The notes: generated by a model not told the origin, from the sequence alone. DNA of 64,000 nt from an uncultured delta proteobacterium (GCA_963745035.1 CAVUVW010000013.1:1632001-1696000); one strand, 5' to 3'; shown: positions 39,595-49,594, counted from the stretch's first letter. A program made the numbers and translations.

Positions 39595-40317
39595 TTATGG
39601 CATTTCCGCCAGCAGCCGCCCATAGCCTTGCTGTGGCTGCCGCACGCGTAAACGTTTTTGAATTTCCCAACACTGCGTCACGCCGGGATGAATCACCGGC
39701 ACTCCCAGGTCCTGCTCCAACGGTTCGATGATGTCGAGGATACGCAGCTTGCCGCCTTGAAAATAGATCGCGTCGGCATCGCGATGGCGCAGGAACAAAC
39801 TTCGCGCTTGATGATAAATATCCTTCGATGACAGCCGGCCGACTTCCTCCCAAGGTCCGGGAAGTTTCGCCAATTCCAGGACATCAAAGCCAGCATCGGT
39901 AAAATAGCGCGCGACGATGCTCGTGTCATCGAAGTCGTAGCCGATGCCGACGAACTTCTTGATCGCGAGCGCTTTCATCGCGGCGACTTGATTCGTACCG
40001 GAAGTGAAGATCGGAATGCCGAACTGCTTTTCCCATTTGGCGATGAGCTCCGCCTCGCCTTTGTAGCCGAGCAGCATGAACGGCGGCGTGCCCGCGGGGT
40101 GAATCAGATCGACCTGGTCTTTCGCCAGCTCGGCGATCTTTTCCTCGTATGCTGGAATCGCCGCCTGAAATTCTTCGATCTTGCCGTGGCGCACGTTGTT
40201 GAACAGGGGAATCACTCCGATTCCGTCCGGAAGCATTTTGATCAGCTCGACGAGCGAACCGGAACCCTTGGTCGGTTTGATCATTCCGACCATGCCGCGC
40301 CAGCAATCGTATGGCAT
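39595..40317 (-). CDS. Maleate isomerase/arylmalonate decarboxylase (Asp/Glu racemase superfamily) homologue
   Basis: GMIKP, VDLIHPAGTPP, ADAIYFQGG, IEPLEQDLGVPVI, GYGRLL. Confidence 0.8.
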   Translation of the reverse strand: MPYDCWRGMVGMIKPTKGSGSLVELIKMLPDGIGVIPLFNNVRHGKIEEFQAAIPAYEEKIAELAKDQVDLIHPAGTPPFMLLGYKGEAELIAKWEKQFGIPIFTSGTNQVAAMKALAIKKFVGIGYDFDDTSIVARYFTDAGFDVLELAKLPGPWEEVGRLSSKDIYHQARSLFLRHRDADAIYFQGGKLRILDIIEPLEQDLGVPVIHPGVTQCWEIQKRLRVRQPQQGYGRLLAEMP

Positions 40318-40335
40318 CCCTCTCTCCTCAGATCT

Positions 40336-41004
40336 TCAGAGTTTGGCAGCGTGGTGATTCCGGCGTGACGGCTGCAATGAGCCGTGGCTTTTGATTGCCA
40401 TGGTTGCACCACGTGCCTCGCGGGCAACGACAAACGCGGAACGAAGAAAGAGCCCGCAGATGACGGCTCCGACGATGATGTCCGGCCACGAGGAATCAAG
40501 CCTCCACACGGCAACCGAAGCTGCCAAAACAAAGCCATTTGCCGCGATATCGTTTCTCGAACAGAGCCAAACCGAGCGCATGTTGATGTCTTCGGCCCGA
40601 TGACGCCATAACAGCATGGCGCACGCCGCATTGACGAGAAGCGCCAGCGTACCGACCGCTCCCATGGCGTGATAATCGGGGACTTCAGGAAACACGAGTT
40701 TGAAAACAACTTGACCGAGAACAAAGGCGCCGAAAAGCCCCATTACGCCCGCCTTGGCTAGCGCCGCTCGCGCCTTCCAGATCGACGCTTGGCTCACGAC
40801 GTACAGGCTGAATCCGTAGACAAGCGCGTCACCCAACATGTCGAGGGAATCGGCGACCAGCGCGACCGAACCCGCAAGAAACCCCGCGACAACTTCGATG
40901 ACGAACATCGCGATGTTCAGAATCAAGACAATCCTGAGCGTCGCGGCCTGGCGCTCTCGGAGTTGCTCCAAAGTACAAGCTTTATCGTTGCAGCAATCAT
41001 CCAT
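40336..41004 (-). CDS. Cation diffusion facilitator-type (Co/Zn/Cd) transporter
   Basis: MDDCC, SVALVADSLDMLGD, DINMRSVWLCSRND, WPDIIVG. Confidence 0.88.
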   Translation of the reverse strand: MDDCCNDKACTLEQLRERQAATLRIVLILNIAMFVIEVVAGFLAGSVALVADSLDMLGDALVYGFSLYVVSQASIWKARAALAKAGVMGLFGAFVLGQVVFKLVFPEVPDYHAMGAVGTLALLVNAACAMLLWRHRAEDINMRSVWLCSRNDIAANGFVLAASVAVWRLDSSWPDIIVGAVICGLFLRSAFVVAREARGATMAIKSHGSLQPSRRNHHAAKL

Positions 41005-41037
41005 GAAACTATTCCGGACAACCGGCGCTTGACGTGG

Positions 41038-41580
41038 TCACGAGCCGCCATGCTTGTCCCGCACCGCCTGGATATCTTCCAGGCAACTCGCGCACATGTA
41101 TGCCGCGTGCGGGAGAAAAATCAGCTCGTCGCTCTCGCGCTCCTCCATGCAGATGCCGCAGAGGCGGTTTTCCTGAGCGTGCGGCTTTGATTTGCTTTTG
41201 TGGCCGTCGGGGTCCTCGGTGAGAATATTTTTGCAGAGCTCGACGCATTCGTCGCAGATATGCACGGCCGGCCCGGCCACGAGCTTGCGCACCTCGGCCT
41301 GGCTCTTGGCGCAAAAGGAGCAACTTGCCGTTTTGACGGCGTCGTCGAACTTGGGAATGTGCGCGTCCCAATCGTCGCCGATGGCTTTCGTAAGCGTTTC
41401 CTCCAGCGCGGTGCCGATCTGCTGCAATTCGCGCGCGATCTCACCCCGTTTCGGCGCGCTTTTCGATTCGAGAAACTTGCCGACCGCCTGCTGAAATAGC
41501 CTCAAGGCGGCGCCGTATTTCTGATCGCTGACCAGATCGGCGCATTCGATAAATCCGAATTTAGAGGCCTTTGTCATCAT
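41038..41580 (-). CDS. ClpX C4-type zinc finger protein with a second CxxC...CxxC
   Basis: [27 protein letters not shown]; CGIC...MCASC; no AAA+ domain. Confidence 0.8.
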   Translation of the reverse strand: MMTKASKFGFIECADLVSDQKYGAALRLFQQAVGKFLESKSAPKRGEIARELQQIGTALEETLTKAIGDDWDAHIPKFDDAVKTASCSFCAKSQAEVRKLVAGPAVHICDECVELCKNILTEDPDGHKSKSKPHAQENRLCGICMEERESDELIFLPHAAYMCASCLEDIQAVRDKHGGS

Positions 41581-41905
41581 CGCATTACTCCTTGTTGCTT
41601 CGCGTCACAAAGCCGCTTCGGGATCGGCGGCAAATTCGATACTGAAAACGGCGCGCGCCGATGCCCGCTCGCGACGAACTTGAACCCCCCATCTCACAAC
41701 TTCGTGGTACGGTCAATAAACGTCGCATAAATTCCGCCGAGCCAATTGGCATCCAATACCGATCAACATCGGCCAGCGCACCTCAGCGAGTGTTCGCTCG
41801 GCCGGGACCGCCGGGTGGGCCGCACGTTAATCCCGCAAGGATTAAAAATCTCGCCGGCGCCGCGCGTTTGCGTGAGATCGATAAAACGAGCGATCCCTTC
41901 GATCT

Positions 41906-42655
41906 TCAGAACATATAGCTGCCACAGTTGATGTCGTAGGACTGCCCGGTGACGTAAGCCGCCGCGTCGCTGGCGAGAAAGAGAATCGGGCCGGCGATGT
42001 CTTCGGGCTCGAGGATGCGCGGCAAGGGAGTTGAACGCAACCGCGCCATGACGTCTTCCTCCGAGCGGTGCTGGCGCGGCATCGAGGTATTGGCCGACCC
42101 TGGACAGATGGCGTTTACGGTGATCCCATCGGGTCCGACCTCGCGGGCAAGCGCCTTGACGAATCCCATGACGGCGGCCTTGGAAGCCGCGTAATGGGCG
42201 AATTGCCGCATGCCGTAATGGCCGATGCCCGAAGCGAGGCTGATGATCCGGCCGCTCTTTTGCGCGCGCATCGCCGGCACAAACTCGCGGCAGCAGAGAA
42301 AATTGCTGCCGACGTTGATGTCGATCGTGCGGTCCCAATCTTCTTCGGAGAGATCGACGACGGATGCCTTTGGATAGTAAATGCCGGCGACGTTGACGAG
42401 AATATCGGCGCGGCCGAAGCGTTCGAACGCGCTCGTCGCCATGCGTTTCACCGACGACTCGTCGGCGACGTTGACGTCGACCGCCGCTGCTTGCGCTCCG
42501 AGGGCGCGCAGCTCGTTGGCGACCGACTGGGCTTTCTCCGCCTGCAAGTCGGCGACGACAACCTTGGCGCCTTCGCGCGCCATGCCGAAAGCCACCGCGC
42601 GGCCGATGCCCTGCGCGCCGCCGGTCACCACAGCAACTTTGTCTTTGAGTCTCAT
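41906..42655 (-). CDS. SDR family oxidoreductase
   Basis: TGGAQGIG, NVAG, YAASK; ATG 42655 overlaps the upstream stop. Confidence 0.92.
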   Translation of the reverse strand: MRLKDKVAVVTGGAQGIGRAVAFGMAREGAKVVVADLQAEKAQSVANELRALGAQAAAVDVNVADESSVKRMATSAFERFGRADILVNVAGIYYPKASVVDLSEEDWDRTIDINVGSNFLCCREFVPAMRAQKSGRIISLASGIGHYGMRQFAHYAASKAAVMGFVKALAREVGPDGITVNAICPGSANTSMPRQHRSEEDVMARLRSTPLPRILEPEDIAGPILFLASDAAAYVTGQSYDINCGSYMF

Positions 42656-43395
42656 GGCATCACCACCCCGCCGTTGACGTGAAATGTTTGCCCGGTGATC
42701 GCCGCGCTCTCGGGCGTCGTCAAAAAATAATACATTTCCGCGAGGTCCTGGGGCACGGCCGTGCGCCCGAGTGGAATATTGGGCCACCAGCGCTGCCTGC
42801 GCGCCTCGGCGGATTCCTTTTCCATCACCCGCGGCGTATCCGTCGGCCCCGGCGCCACCGTGTTGGCGAGCACCCCGTCGGGCGCCAGCTCCAGCGCCAG
42901 CGATTTGGTGAAGGTGATGATGCCGGCCTTCGCCGCAGCGTAGGGCGTTCGCAGCGCAGAGCCCGTAACGCCGTAATTGGACGCCGTGTTGATGATGCGC
43001 CCGCCCTTCTGACGCTGCATCATCGGCGCGACTTCCCGGCACATGAGAAACGTTCCTTTCAAATTGGCGTCCATGACTTCTTTCCACTCCAGCCACGTCA
43101 ATTCCTCGATCCGTTTCGTGTACGCGCTCCCGCCGGCGATGTTGGCGAGGATGTCGATGCGGCCGAAGCGCTGCTCCACTTCCATTACGGCCGCTTTCAC
43201 TTCGCGCGCCGCGGTCACGTCGAGCGCCAGCGCTTCGGCTTGCCCGCCGGCTTTGGCGATTCCATCCTTGACTCGTTCAGCAGCGGCGCCGTCGTAATCG
43301 GCGATGACGACCGTAATGCCCGCGCCCGCCATTCGCCCGGCGACTGCTCCACCGATCCCGCCGCCGCCTCCGGTGATCAACGCGACTTGATTCAA
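42652..43395 (-). CDS. SDR family oxidoreductase
   Basis: TGGGGGIG, NIAG, YAAAK, PGPTDT; TTG start with AGGAG RBS. Confidence 0.92.
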   Translation of the reverse strand: MNQVALITGGGGGIGGAVAGRMAGAGITVVIADYDGAAAERVKDGIAKAGGQAEALALDVTAAREVKAAVMEVEQRFGRIDILANIAGGSAYTKRIEELTWLEWKEVMDANLKGTFLMCREVAPMMQRQKGGRIINTASNYGVTGSALRTPYAAAKAGIITFTKSLALELAPDGVLANTVAPGPTDTPRVMEKESAEARRQRWWPNIPLGRTAVPQDLAEMYYFLTTPESAAITGQTFHVNGGVVMP

Positions 43396-43552
43396 GTTCC
43401 TGCTCCTTTCAGCTCCGGCGAATCGTCGCCTTCAATTTTTCTGCCATCCGAAAAAAAATCGCAACCTTCGTGCGCTTCGTGCCTCCTTCAAAAATTGCGG
43501 ATCGCTGATCGATAGCATCAGGGCTCCGATACGACACGTAAACGCGCCTTTC

Positions 43553-43580
43553 CGTCATACCCGCGAAAGCGGGTATCCAG
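43553..43580. repeat. REP-like palindrome (CGTCATACCCGCGAAAGCGGGTATCCAG)
   Basis: ATACCCGC-GAAA-GCGGGTAT hairpin preceded by CGTC. Confidence 0.8.
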
Positions 43581-43697
43581 GCTAATTGACGAATCGGAGG
43601 AAAACGTGCCCGAGGGAAACCTCTCCATTTTTCATTCTCCGTGGGCGAGCGTAAGCTCGTGATCGTTCTTCTTCTTGGTGCGGCTACTCGCGCGATG

Positions 43698-45071
43698 TCA
43701 TAACTCGACGAACCGTGCCGGATCGTAGGGCGATCTTTGCGCGTCCTCTATTTTTTTCAACCCCTTTATTTCTTCGCGGTGCGCGCAAGCATAAAGAACC
43801 GCCTCGGCGGCGTCGTCGAGGTGCCCGCGCAGGTACTTGCGCGCCGGCACGGCAAGCCGCAGTAGTTGCGCGCCTTTGGCCGCCTGGCTTGGCGCCGGCG
43901 GCGGCCCTTTGGTCACTCGAACGCCGGAGATCTGATAAAGAAACGCCGCCAAAGCTTCAGCGGGAAATTTTTCCGGCGGAAGATCCGGCAGAAATTTCTC
44001 TAGATCGATGAACACGGCATGGCCGCCGGCCGGATGGATCAACGGCGCGCCGTCCTTGAGCCGGCGCCACAAATAGTCCACGTCGGCCACACGATGTTTG
44101 ATGTAAGACTCGGCGAAAAATATCTCGTCAAGCGCGACGGCCAAAAGCTCCATGGCGCCGCCGCCGAGCTGCGCGCCGTCGACAAAGCTCTGCATCAGCG
44201 CCTTTCGATAGGCCGCTTCATCCCGCGTCAGGATCAACCCGCCCGATGAGACCAGGAAATCTTTGAGCGCGCTCAACGTGCAGCCGTTCGCCTGGGCGCA
44301 AGTTTCGTGGACGATCTCCAGAATCGTGCGCCGCTGGTAGCCGGGTTCGCGCTCTTGGATGAAGTGGCTGTTCTCCAGAATACGGCAGGCGTCGAGAAAC
44401 AGCGGAATCCTGTGCGCTTCGGCCAGCTCTCGAACCGCTTTGAGATTGCCCAGCGAAACCGGCTGGCCGCCGCAGGCATTGAGCGCAAGCTCGACGTAGA
44501 TGCAAGCGATCGTCTCGGCGCCGCGCGCGCCGATCACGCTTTCGAGCCGGGCGATGTCGACATTGCCCTTGAACGGTTCCGGCGAGGTGAGATCGTGCGC
44601 GGCATCGCCGACCACGTCGATCAGCGTCGCGCCGTTCATTTCGATATGGCTGCGGGTCGACGGAAACAGCATGTTGCCGGCGACCACTGTGCCGGGCTTG
44701 ACGTGGATTTTTGTCCAGATGCGCTCGGCGGCGCGCCCCTGCGTCGTCGGCACGACAAACGGAAAACCAAAAATGCGTTTGACTTCTCCCGCGAGGCGCG
44801 CGAATGAACGGCTTCCTTCCACCGCCAATCCCATCCCGGGCTCAACGCCGCTCGCGCCGACGAGCGCCGCGAGCTGGTCGGTGCTGAGCGCGCTGACGCC
44901 GCTGTCGGTGCAAAGATCCACATAGATCATATCCTGCGGGATCAGCTCCGTGTTGTAGTGCGCCGCGCGCAGCGCATCCTGCCGCTCGGCGAAGCTCGTC
45001 TGACGCAGCGGCCGCACCGCGGCGATCTCGAATGGCACGGAAAAAGTCATGCCGGGTGAACGGGTCTGCAT
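43698..45071 (-). CDS. Tryptophanase/tyrosine phenol-lyase family PLP enzyme (divergent)
   Basis: DLCTDSG, QGRAAE, FKGNVD, GGQPVS, LDACR, SALKD, GGHAVF, RLAVP. Confidence 0.85.
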   Translation of the reverse strand: MQTRSPGMTFSVPFEIAAVRPLRQTSFAERQDALRAAHYNTELIPQDMIYVDLCTDSGVSALSTDQLAALVGASGVEPGMGLAVEGSRSFARLAGEVKRIFGFPFVVPTTQGRAAERIWTKIHVKPGTVVAGNMLFPSTRSHIEMNGATLIDVVGDAAHDLTSPEPFKGNVDIARLESVIGARGAETIACIYVELALNACGGQPVSLGNLKAVRELAEAHRIPLFLDACRILENSHFIQEREPGYQRRTILEIVHETCAQANGCTLSALKDFLVSSGGLILTRDEAAYRKALMQSFVDGAQLGGGAMELLAVALDEIFFAESYIKHRVADVDYLWRRLKDGAPLIHPAGGHAVFIDLEKFLPDLPPEKFPAEALAAFLYQISGVRVTKGPPPAPSQAAKGAQLLRLAVPARKYLRGHLDDAAEAVLYACAHREEIKGLKKIEDAQRSPYDPARFVEL

Positions 45072-45132
45072 TCCGAAGCGCTCTCGGTCAAAGCAAGCCG
45101 GAGCTGGCGCGAATCAGCACACGAAAAGCAAG

Positions 45133-45945
45133 CTAGGAATTGCCCTGTGCCGCCGGCGGCCGCCGCTGTCCCTGGCGTGATCGCAGCGTCGACAGCGCTC
45201 GATGCACCATTTTTCTCTCGGTGGCGAACTTGAGCTGCTTGATCGCCTGTTCGATTGGAAACCAGCGCACGTCGTCGGCTTCATGGTCATGGTCGCGCAC
45301 GTCGCCTTTGAGATAGCGCAAGAGAAAAAAATGCACGCGCTTGTGGATGCGCGCCATTTCGCCCTCCTTGGTCTTGTCCCGGTAGGAATAGCGGATATCG
45401 CCGAGCTTGCGAATCAGCTTCCCTTCGAGCCCGGTCTCCTCGCGGACCTCGCGCAGCGCCGCTTCCTCGTCCCGCTCGCCGGCCTCGACATGCCCTTTGG
45501 GCAGGCCCCAGCGATTGCGCGCGTAGATGAGCGCGACTTCGAAATCGTCGCTGTTCCGGCGATAGATCACCCCGCCGGCGGAGATTTCCGTAACCGTGCG
45601 GACATTTTCATCCGCCGGCCGCGCTTCCCCCGCCACCTGGTCGCGCAGCCAGCCCAAGTAGGCCGCGCTGCCGGCGACGATCGGCAGCGCGATGATCTCG
45701 GGGACCGAATAGCTGTGCAGCTCACGCACTCTTTTCTCTACGGCGCTGAATAGTTCTTTGCGTGTCTTGATGATGAGCAGCTCTTCATCGGCCTGCTCGA
45801 CCTGGCCCTGCCACCGGTAGACCGATCGCACCGACTTGATGCGATTGACGCAGGCCGCGAGTTTCTCGCCGACCAAGGTCTGCGCCACTTGCTCGGCTTC
45901 CTCCGCCGACCCCGTAGTCACATAAATGACGATAAAACTCTCCAT
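45133..45945 (-). CDS. CutA1 - NUDIX hydrolase fusion protein
   Basis: N-half LAACVN..SVYRWQG..HSYSVPEII (CutA); C-half SAGGV..LPKGHVEAGE..AALREVREETGL (Nudix box). Confidence 0.88.
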   Translation of the reverse strand: MESFIVIYVTTGSAEEAEQVAQTLVGEKLAACVNRIKSVRSVYRWQGQVEQADEELLIIKTRKELFSAVEKRVRELHSYSVPEIIALPIVAGSAAYLGWLRDQVAGEARPADENVRTVTEISAGGVIYRRNSDDFEVALIYARNRWGLPKGHVEAGERDEEAALREVREETGLEGKLIRKLGDIRYSYRDKTKEGEMARIHKRVHFFLLRYLKGDVRDHDHEADDVRWFPIEQAIKQLKFATERKMVHRALSTLRSRQGQRRPPAAQGNS

Positions 45946-45952
45946 AGCATCG

Positions 45953-45982
45953 ATCTTACAACCGGCCTTCCGGAACAGTCAA
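45953..45982 (-). promoter_or_regulatory. Putative promoter giving a leaderless cutA-nudix transcript
   Basis: Minus-strand TTGACT, 18 nt spacer, TAAGAT ending 7 nt before ATG 45945; no SD sequence. Confidence 0.5.
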
Positions 45983-46100
45983 TAAAGTGGCGCAGAAGGC
46001 GTGGGCTTGAGGCGAAAGGCGTGAGTACGGATGAGATGTATTGACGTGAAGCCGACACGACGATTTGCCCCTGCGCCGCGATATGGATACTTTGAACTCG

Positions 46101-46808
46101 ATGTCCACTAAGGATCAAATCCGTGAGCAGACGTGGCAAATTCTGAAAGAGAAGCGCGTCGCCCGTTTCCCTGGAGCCGAAGGAAGAATTCCCAATTTCC
46201 TCGGCGCCGAAGCTTGCGCCAAGGTGTTAGCCGAAACTCCTTACTGGAAGGCGGCGCGCGTCCTCAAGGTCAACCCCGATTCACCGCAGCGGGCGATTCG
46301 CCAGCGCGCGCTCGCCGACGGCAAGGTCATCTACATGGCGGTGCCCCGTCTGCGCAGCGAGAAGCCGTTCATCGAGCTCGATCCCAAGAGGCTCAAGTGC
46401 TCGCCATACGCCGCTTCTTCGATCAAAGGCGCGGGACAGCACGGCCGCCCGGTGGCGCTCCAGGAAGTGCGAAAAATTGATCTGGTGGTGTGCGGTTCGG
46501 TCGCCGTCAACCGCCAAGGCGCGCGGGTCGGCAAAGGCGGCGGTTACTCCGACCTGGAGTTCGCCCTACTCACCCAAGAAAAGAAAATCGGCGCCAAGAC
46601 GCCGATCGTCACATCGGTCCACGCGTTGCAACTGATCGACCAAGAGATCCCGATGACCGAGCACGACATCCCGCTCAGCGCAATTGTGACACCGGCGGAA
46701 ACCATCGAAGTCAAAGCGCGATTTCCCCGACCGAAGGGAATTTACTGGAACATGCTGCCCCAGGAAAAAATCGACGCGATTCCGGTGCTCCAACTGCCTC
46801 GCCATTGA
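46101..46808 (+). CDS. 5-formyltetrahydrofolate cyclo-ligase family (MTHFSD/COG0212-like)
   Basis: GRIPNF.GA, KVNPDSPQ, GSVAV..GARVGKGGGYSDLE, HDIP. Confidence 0.88.
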   Translation: MSTKDQIREQTWQILKEKRVARFPGAEGRIPNFLGAEACAKVLAETPYWKAARVLKVNPDSPQRAIRQRALADGKVIYMAVPRLRSEKPFIELDPKRLKCSPYAASSIKGAGQHGRPVALQEVRKIDLVVCGSVAVNRQGARVGKGGGYSDLEFALLTQEKKIGAKTPIVTSVHALQLIDQEIPMTEHDIPLSAIVTPAETIEVKARFPRPKGIYWNMLPQEKIDAIPVLQLPRH

Positions 46809-46877
46809 GCGCCAGCGCGACAACCGTTGAAGCCCCTTTTTATCTATGTTAGCTAAACGTTTCCGAGGAAAATTCGT

Positions 46878-47261
46878 ATGGCGGTGGAGAAAATCGACTT
46901 TGCCAAAGGTAACGGCTTGGTGCCGGTGATCGTGCAGGACTATCAAACGCGCGACGTGTTGATGGTCGCCTACATGAACGAGGAGGCGTGGGAAAAAACC
47001 AAGGAAACCGGCAAAGCGCATTACTACAGCCGCTCGCGCAAAGGCCCTTGGTTCAAGGGCGAGGAGTCCGGCCATTTTCAGGAAGTGAAAGACGCGTTCA
47101 TCGACTGCGACAACGACACCATTCTACTCCAAGTCAATCAGATCGGCGGCGCGGCCTGTCACGAAGGCTACCGCAGTTGTTTTTTCCGCCAGCGCGACGA
47201 CGGCGACTGGAAACTCGTCGCCGAGCGAGTTTTCGATCCAAAAGAGGTTTACAAAAAGTGA
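46878..47261 (+). CDS. hisI: Phosphoribosyl-AMP cyclohydrolase
   Basis: [34 protein letters not shown]. Confidence 0.96.
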   Translation: MAVEKIDFAKGNGLVPVIVQDYQTRDVLMVAYMNEEAWEKTKETGKAHYYSRSRKGPWFKGEESGHFQEVKDAFIDCDNDTILLQVNQIGGAACHEGYRSCFFRQRDDGDWKLVAERVFDPKEVYKK

Positions 47262-48148
47262 GCGAGTTGAAGCTGGGCATCCCGAAGGGAAGCCTCGAGG
47301 AAATGACCATCGAGCTCTTCAAGCGATCGGGATGGAAGATTTCCACCACGAGCCGGAGCTACTTTCCCTCCATCGATGACGACTCGATTCGCTGCAGCAT
47401 GGCGCGCCCGCAGGAAATGTCGCGCTACGTGGAGATGGGCACGTTGGACGTCGCCATCACGGGCAAAGACTGGACGTTGGAAAACGCTTCGGATGTTCTG
47501 GTGGTGTGCGAGATGGTGTACTCCAAAACCAGTTTTCGCCCGACCCGCTGGGTTGTGGCGGTCCCCCAGGACTCGCCCATCAAGAAAATCGACGACCTCA
47601 AAGGCAAGCGCATCTCTTCCGAGATGGTCAATTTCACCAAACGCTACTTCGCCGAGCGGAACATTCCGGTGACCGTGGAATTCTCCTGGGGCGCCACCGA
47701 GGCCAAGGCCGCCGAGGGACTGGTCGATGCGATCGTGGAAGTCACCGAAACCGGGAGCACGATCCGCGCCCACGGCCTAAAAATCATCCACGAGCTGATG
47801 GAATCCTGCCCGCAGCTCATCGCCAACAAGCAAGCCTGGCAGGATCCCTGGAAAAAAGAGAAGATCGAGCAGATCAAACTATTGCTGCTGGGAGCGCTTT
47901 CCGCCGAGAACAAAGTCGGCATCAAGCTCAACGTCTCGGAAACTAATCTAGAGAAGGTCGTCGAGCTGATTCCGAGCATCACCGCGCCGACGGTGGCGAC
48001 GCTTCATCCCTCGCCCAATCTCAAGGGCGTGAAGTGGTATTCCGTCGAAAGCGTGCTCGAAGAAGCAAAGGTGCGCGATCTGATTCCCAAGCTGATTCAG
48101 AACGGCGCGGTCGGAATTATCGAGTATCCGCTGAACAAGATCATCTAA
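47258..48148 (+). CDS. hisG: ATP phosphoribosyltransferase (long form)
   Basis: GTG start overlapping the hisI stop; GIPKGSL, RPQE, GATE, ETGST, APTV C-terminal domain. Confidence 0.95.
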   Translation: MSELKLGIPKGSLEEMTIELFKRSGWKISTTSRSYFPSIDDDSIRCSMARPQEMSRYVEMGTLDVAITGKDWTLENASDVLVVCEMVYSKTSFRPTRWVVAVPQDSPIKKIDDLKGKRISSEMVNFTKRYFAERNIPVTVEFSWGATEAKAAEGLVDAIVEVTETGSTIRAHGLKIIHELMESCPQLIANKQAWQDPWKKEKIEQIKLLLLGALSAENKVGIKLNVSETNLEKVVELIPSITAPTVATLHPSPNLKGVKWYSVESVLEEAKVRDLIPKLIQNGAVGIIEYPLNKII

Positions 48149-48223
48149 AAGGCAACAGGCGTGAGGCGCGAGGCAACAGTGAATCGCGTTGTTACTGTTG
48201 CCCGTTACCGGTTGCCGGTTGCC
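48149..48223. repeat. Heptamer-periodic hairpin between convergent hisG and pycB-like genes (possible bidirectional terminator)
   Basis: AGGCAAC AGGCGTG AGGCGCG AGGCAAC ... GTTGCCC GTTACCG GTTGCCG GTTGCCC; same unit as 17165-17252. Confidence 0.7.
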
Positions 48224-49571
48224 CTTCTTGGCGTCCGTTCCGGTGTAGAAAATAATCCTTGGCGATTTCCGGAAAGAGCGCAAAGCTCAGCACATCCTCT
48301 TCGTTCTGAGCGAGGCCGCCGGCGTCTTTGCGCGCCTGATCGAGGCCCGGCTTCAGCAGATCGGCCGGCCGGCAGCTGATCGGTTCCTTTTTTCCAAGTA
48401 CCTTGCTTTTCATTTCTTCGCTGATTTGCCCCGGCGGCTCGCCGTAAAGACCCATGACGTAGTTGCGCGTTTCCATCGCCACGACGGAATAGCGCTTGCC
48501 GGTCATCACGTTGAGCGCCGCCTGAGAGCCGACGATCTGGCTGGTCGGGGTCACCAGCGGCGGATATCCGAGATCCTTGCGCACCTGGGGCATTTCCGCG
48601 AGCACCGCGTCGAGCTTGTCCTCGGCCTTCTGCTGGCGTAGTTGCGCGACGAGGTTCGACAGCATGCCGCCGGGAATCTGTGAGATCAGCACGTCGGTTT
48701 TGATCTGATTGTTGACCGGGCTCTCGAACTCCGCGTAGTTCTTGCGCACGCCATAAAAATAGTCCGCGATCTTGCCCAGCTTGGTGAGATCGAGCCCCGT
48801 ATCGTAGGGCGTATCCTTGAGCGCCGCGACCACTTGCTCGGTCGCCGGTTGCGAGCTGCCCTGGGAGAACGGCGCGCTGGCCGTATCGAGAATGTCGGCA
48901 CCGGCTTCGATCGCCATCAGGTAGTTCATCGGCGAAAGTCCCGCGGTGCAGTGTGAATGAAGATGAAGCGGCAGGGAAATGCGCGATTTGATTTTCTTGA
49001 TGATCTCGTATGCGGCATAGGGCGCCAGCATGCCGGCCATGTCCTTCAGGCAAATGACTTGCACGCCCATGCCCGCAAGTTTCTCGGCGACGCCAAGAAA
49101 ATAATCCGTCGAATGAACCGGGCTGATCGTGTAGCACACCGTTCCCTCGACCAGCTTACCGGCCTTGAGCGCCGCTTCGATGGCGGTTTTCATGTTGCGG
49201 ATGTCGTTCATGGCATCGAAGATGCGGAACACGTCGATGCCGTTGGACGCCGCGCGCGCCACGAACGCCTGTACGATATCGTCCGGGTAGTTGCGATAGC
49301 CGACCACGTTCTGGCCGCGCAAGAGCATTTGAAAGCGCGTTTTGGGCATCGCCGCGCGCAGCTTGCGCAAGCGCTCCCACGGGTCCTCTTTGAGAAATCG
49401 TAGGCTCGCATCGAAGGTCGCCCCACCCCAGGTTTCCAGCGACCAATAGCCGATATCGTCGAGCTGAGCGGCGATCGGCAGCATGTCCTCGGTGCGCATG
49501 CGCGTCGCCACCAGGCACTGGTGCGCGTCGCGCAATACCGTTTCCATGATCTCTATTTTTCTCCCGGCCAT
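48192..49571 (-). CDS. Pyruvate carboxylase subunit B / oxaloacetate decarboxylase alpha carboxyltransferase domain, without biotinyl domain
   Basis: LRDAHQ, WGGATFD, MLLRGQN, KDMAG, HSHCT, IPGGM, PPLVTPTSQIVG; no EAMKM. Confidence 0.9.
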   Translation of the reverse strand: MAGRKIEIMETVLRDAHQCLVATRMRTEDMLPIAAQLDDIGYWSLETWGGATFDASLRFLKEDPWERLRKLRAAMPKTRFQMLLRGQNVVGYRNYPDDIVQAFVARAASNGIDVFRIFDAMNDIRNMKTAIEAALKAGKLVEGTVCYTISPVHSTDYFLGVAEKLAGMGVQVICLKDMAGMLAPYAAYEIIKKIKSRISLPLHLHSHCTAGLSPMNYLMAIEAGADILDTASAPFSQGSSQPATEQVVAALKDTPYDTGLDLTKLGKIADYFYGVRKNYAEFESPVNNQIKTDVLISQIPGGMLSNLVAQLRQQKAEDKLDAVLAEMPQVRKDLGYPPLVTPTSQIVGSQAALNVMTGKRYSVVAMETRNYVMGLYGEPPGQISEEMKSKVLGKKEPISCRPADLLKPGLDQARKDAGGLAQNEEDVLSFALFPEIAKDYFLHRNGRQEGQPATGNGQQ

Positions 49572-49594
49572 GCGCCCTGCCTCCCCCTAGTCCG

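Noticed and set aside
41906-43096. 396-aa extended SDR ORF
   Set aside because: The extension is an off-frame reading of the upstream SDR; the true start is 42655
46988-47257. N-terminal extension of HisG
   Set aside because: Overlaps hisI in another frame; GTG 47258 gives a normal HisG
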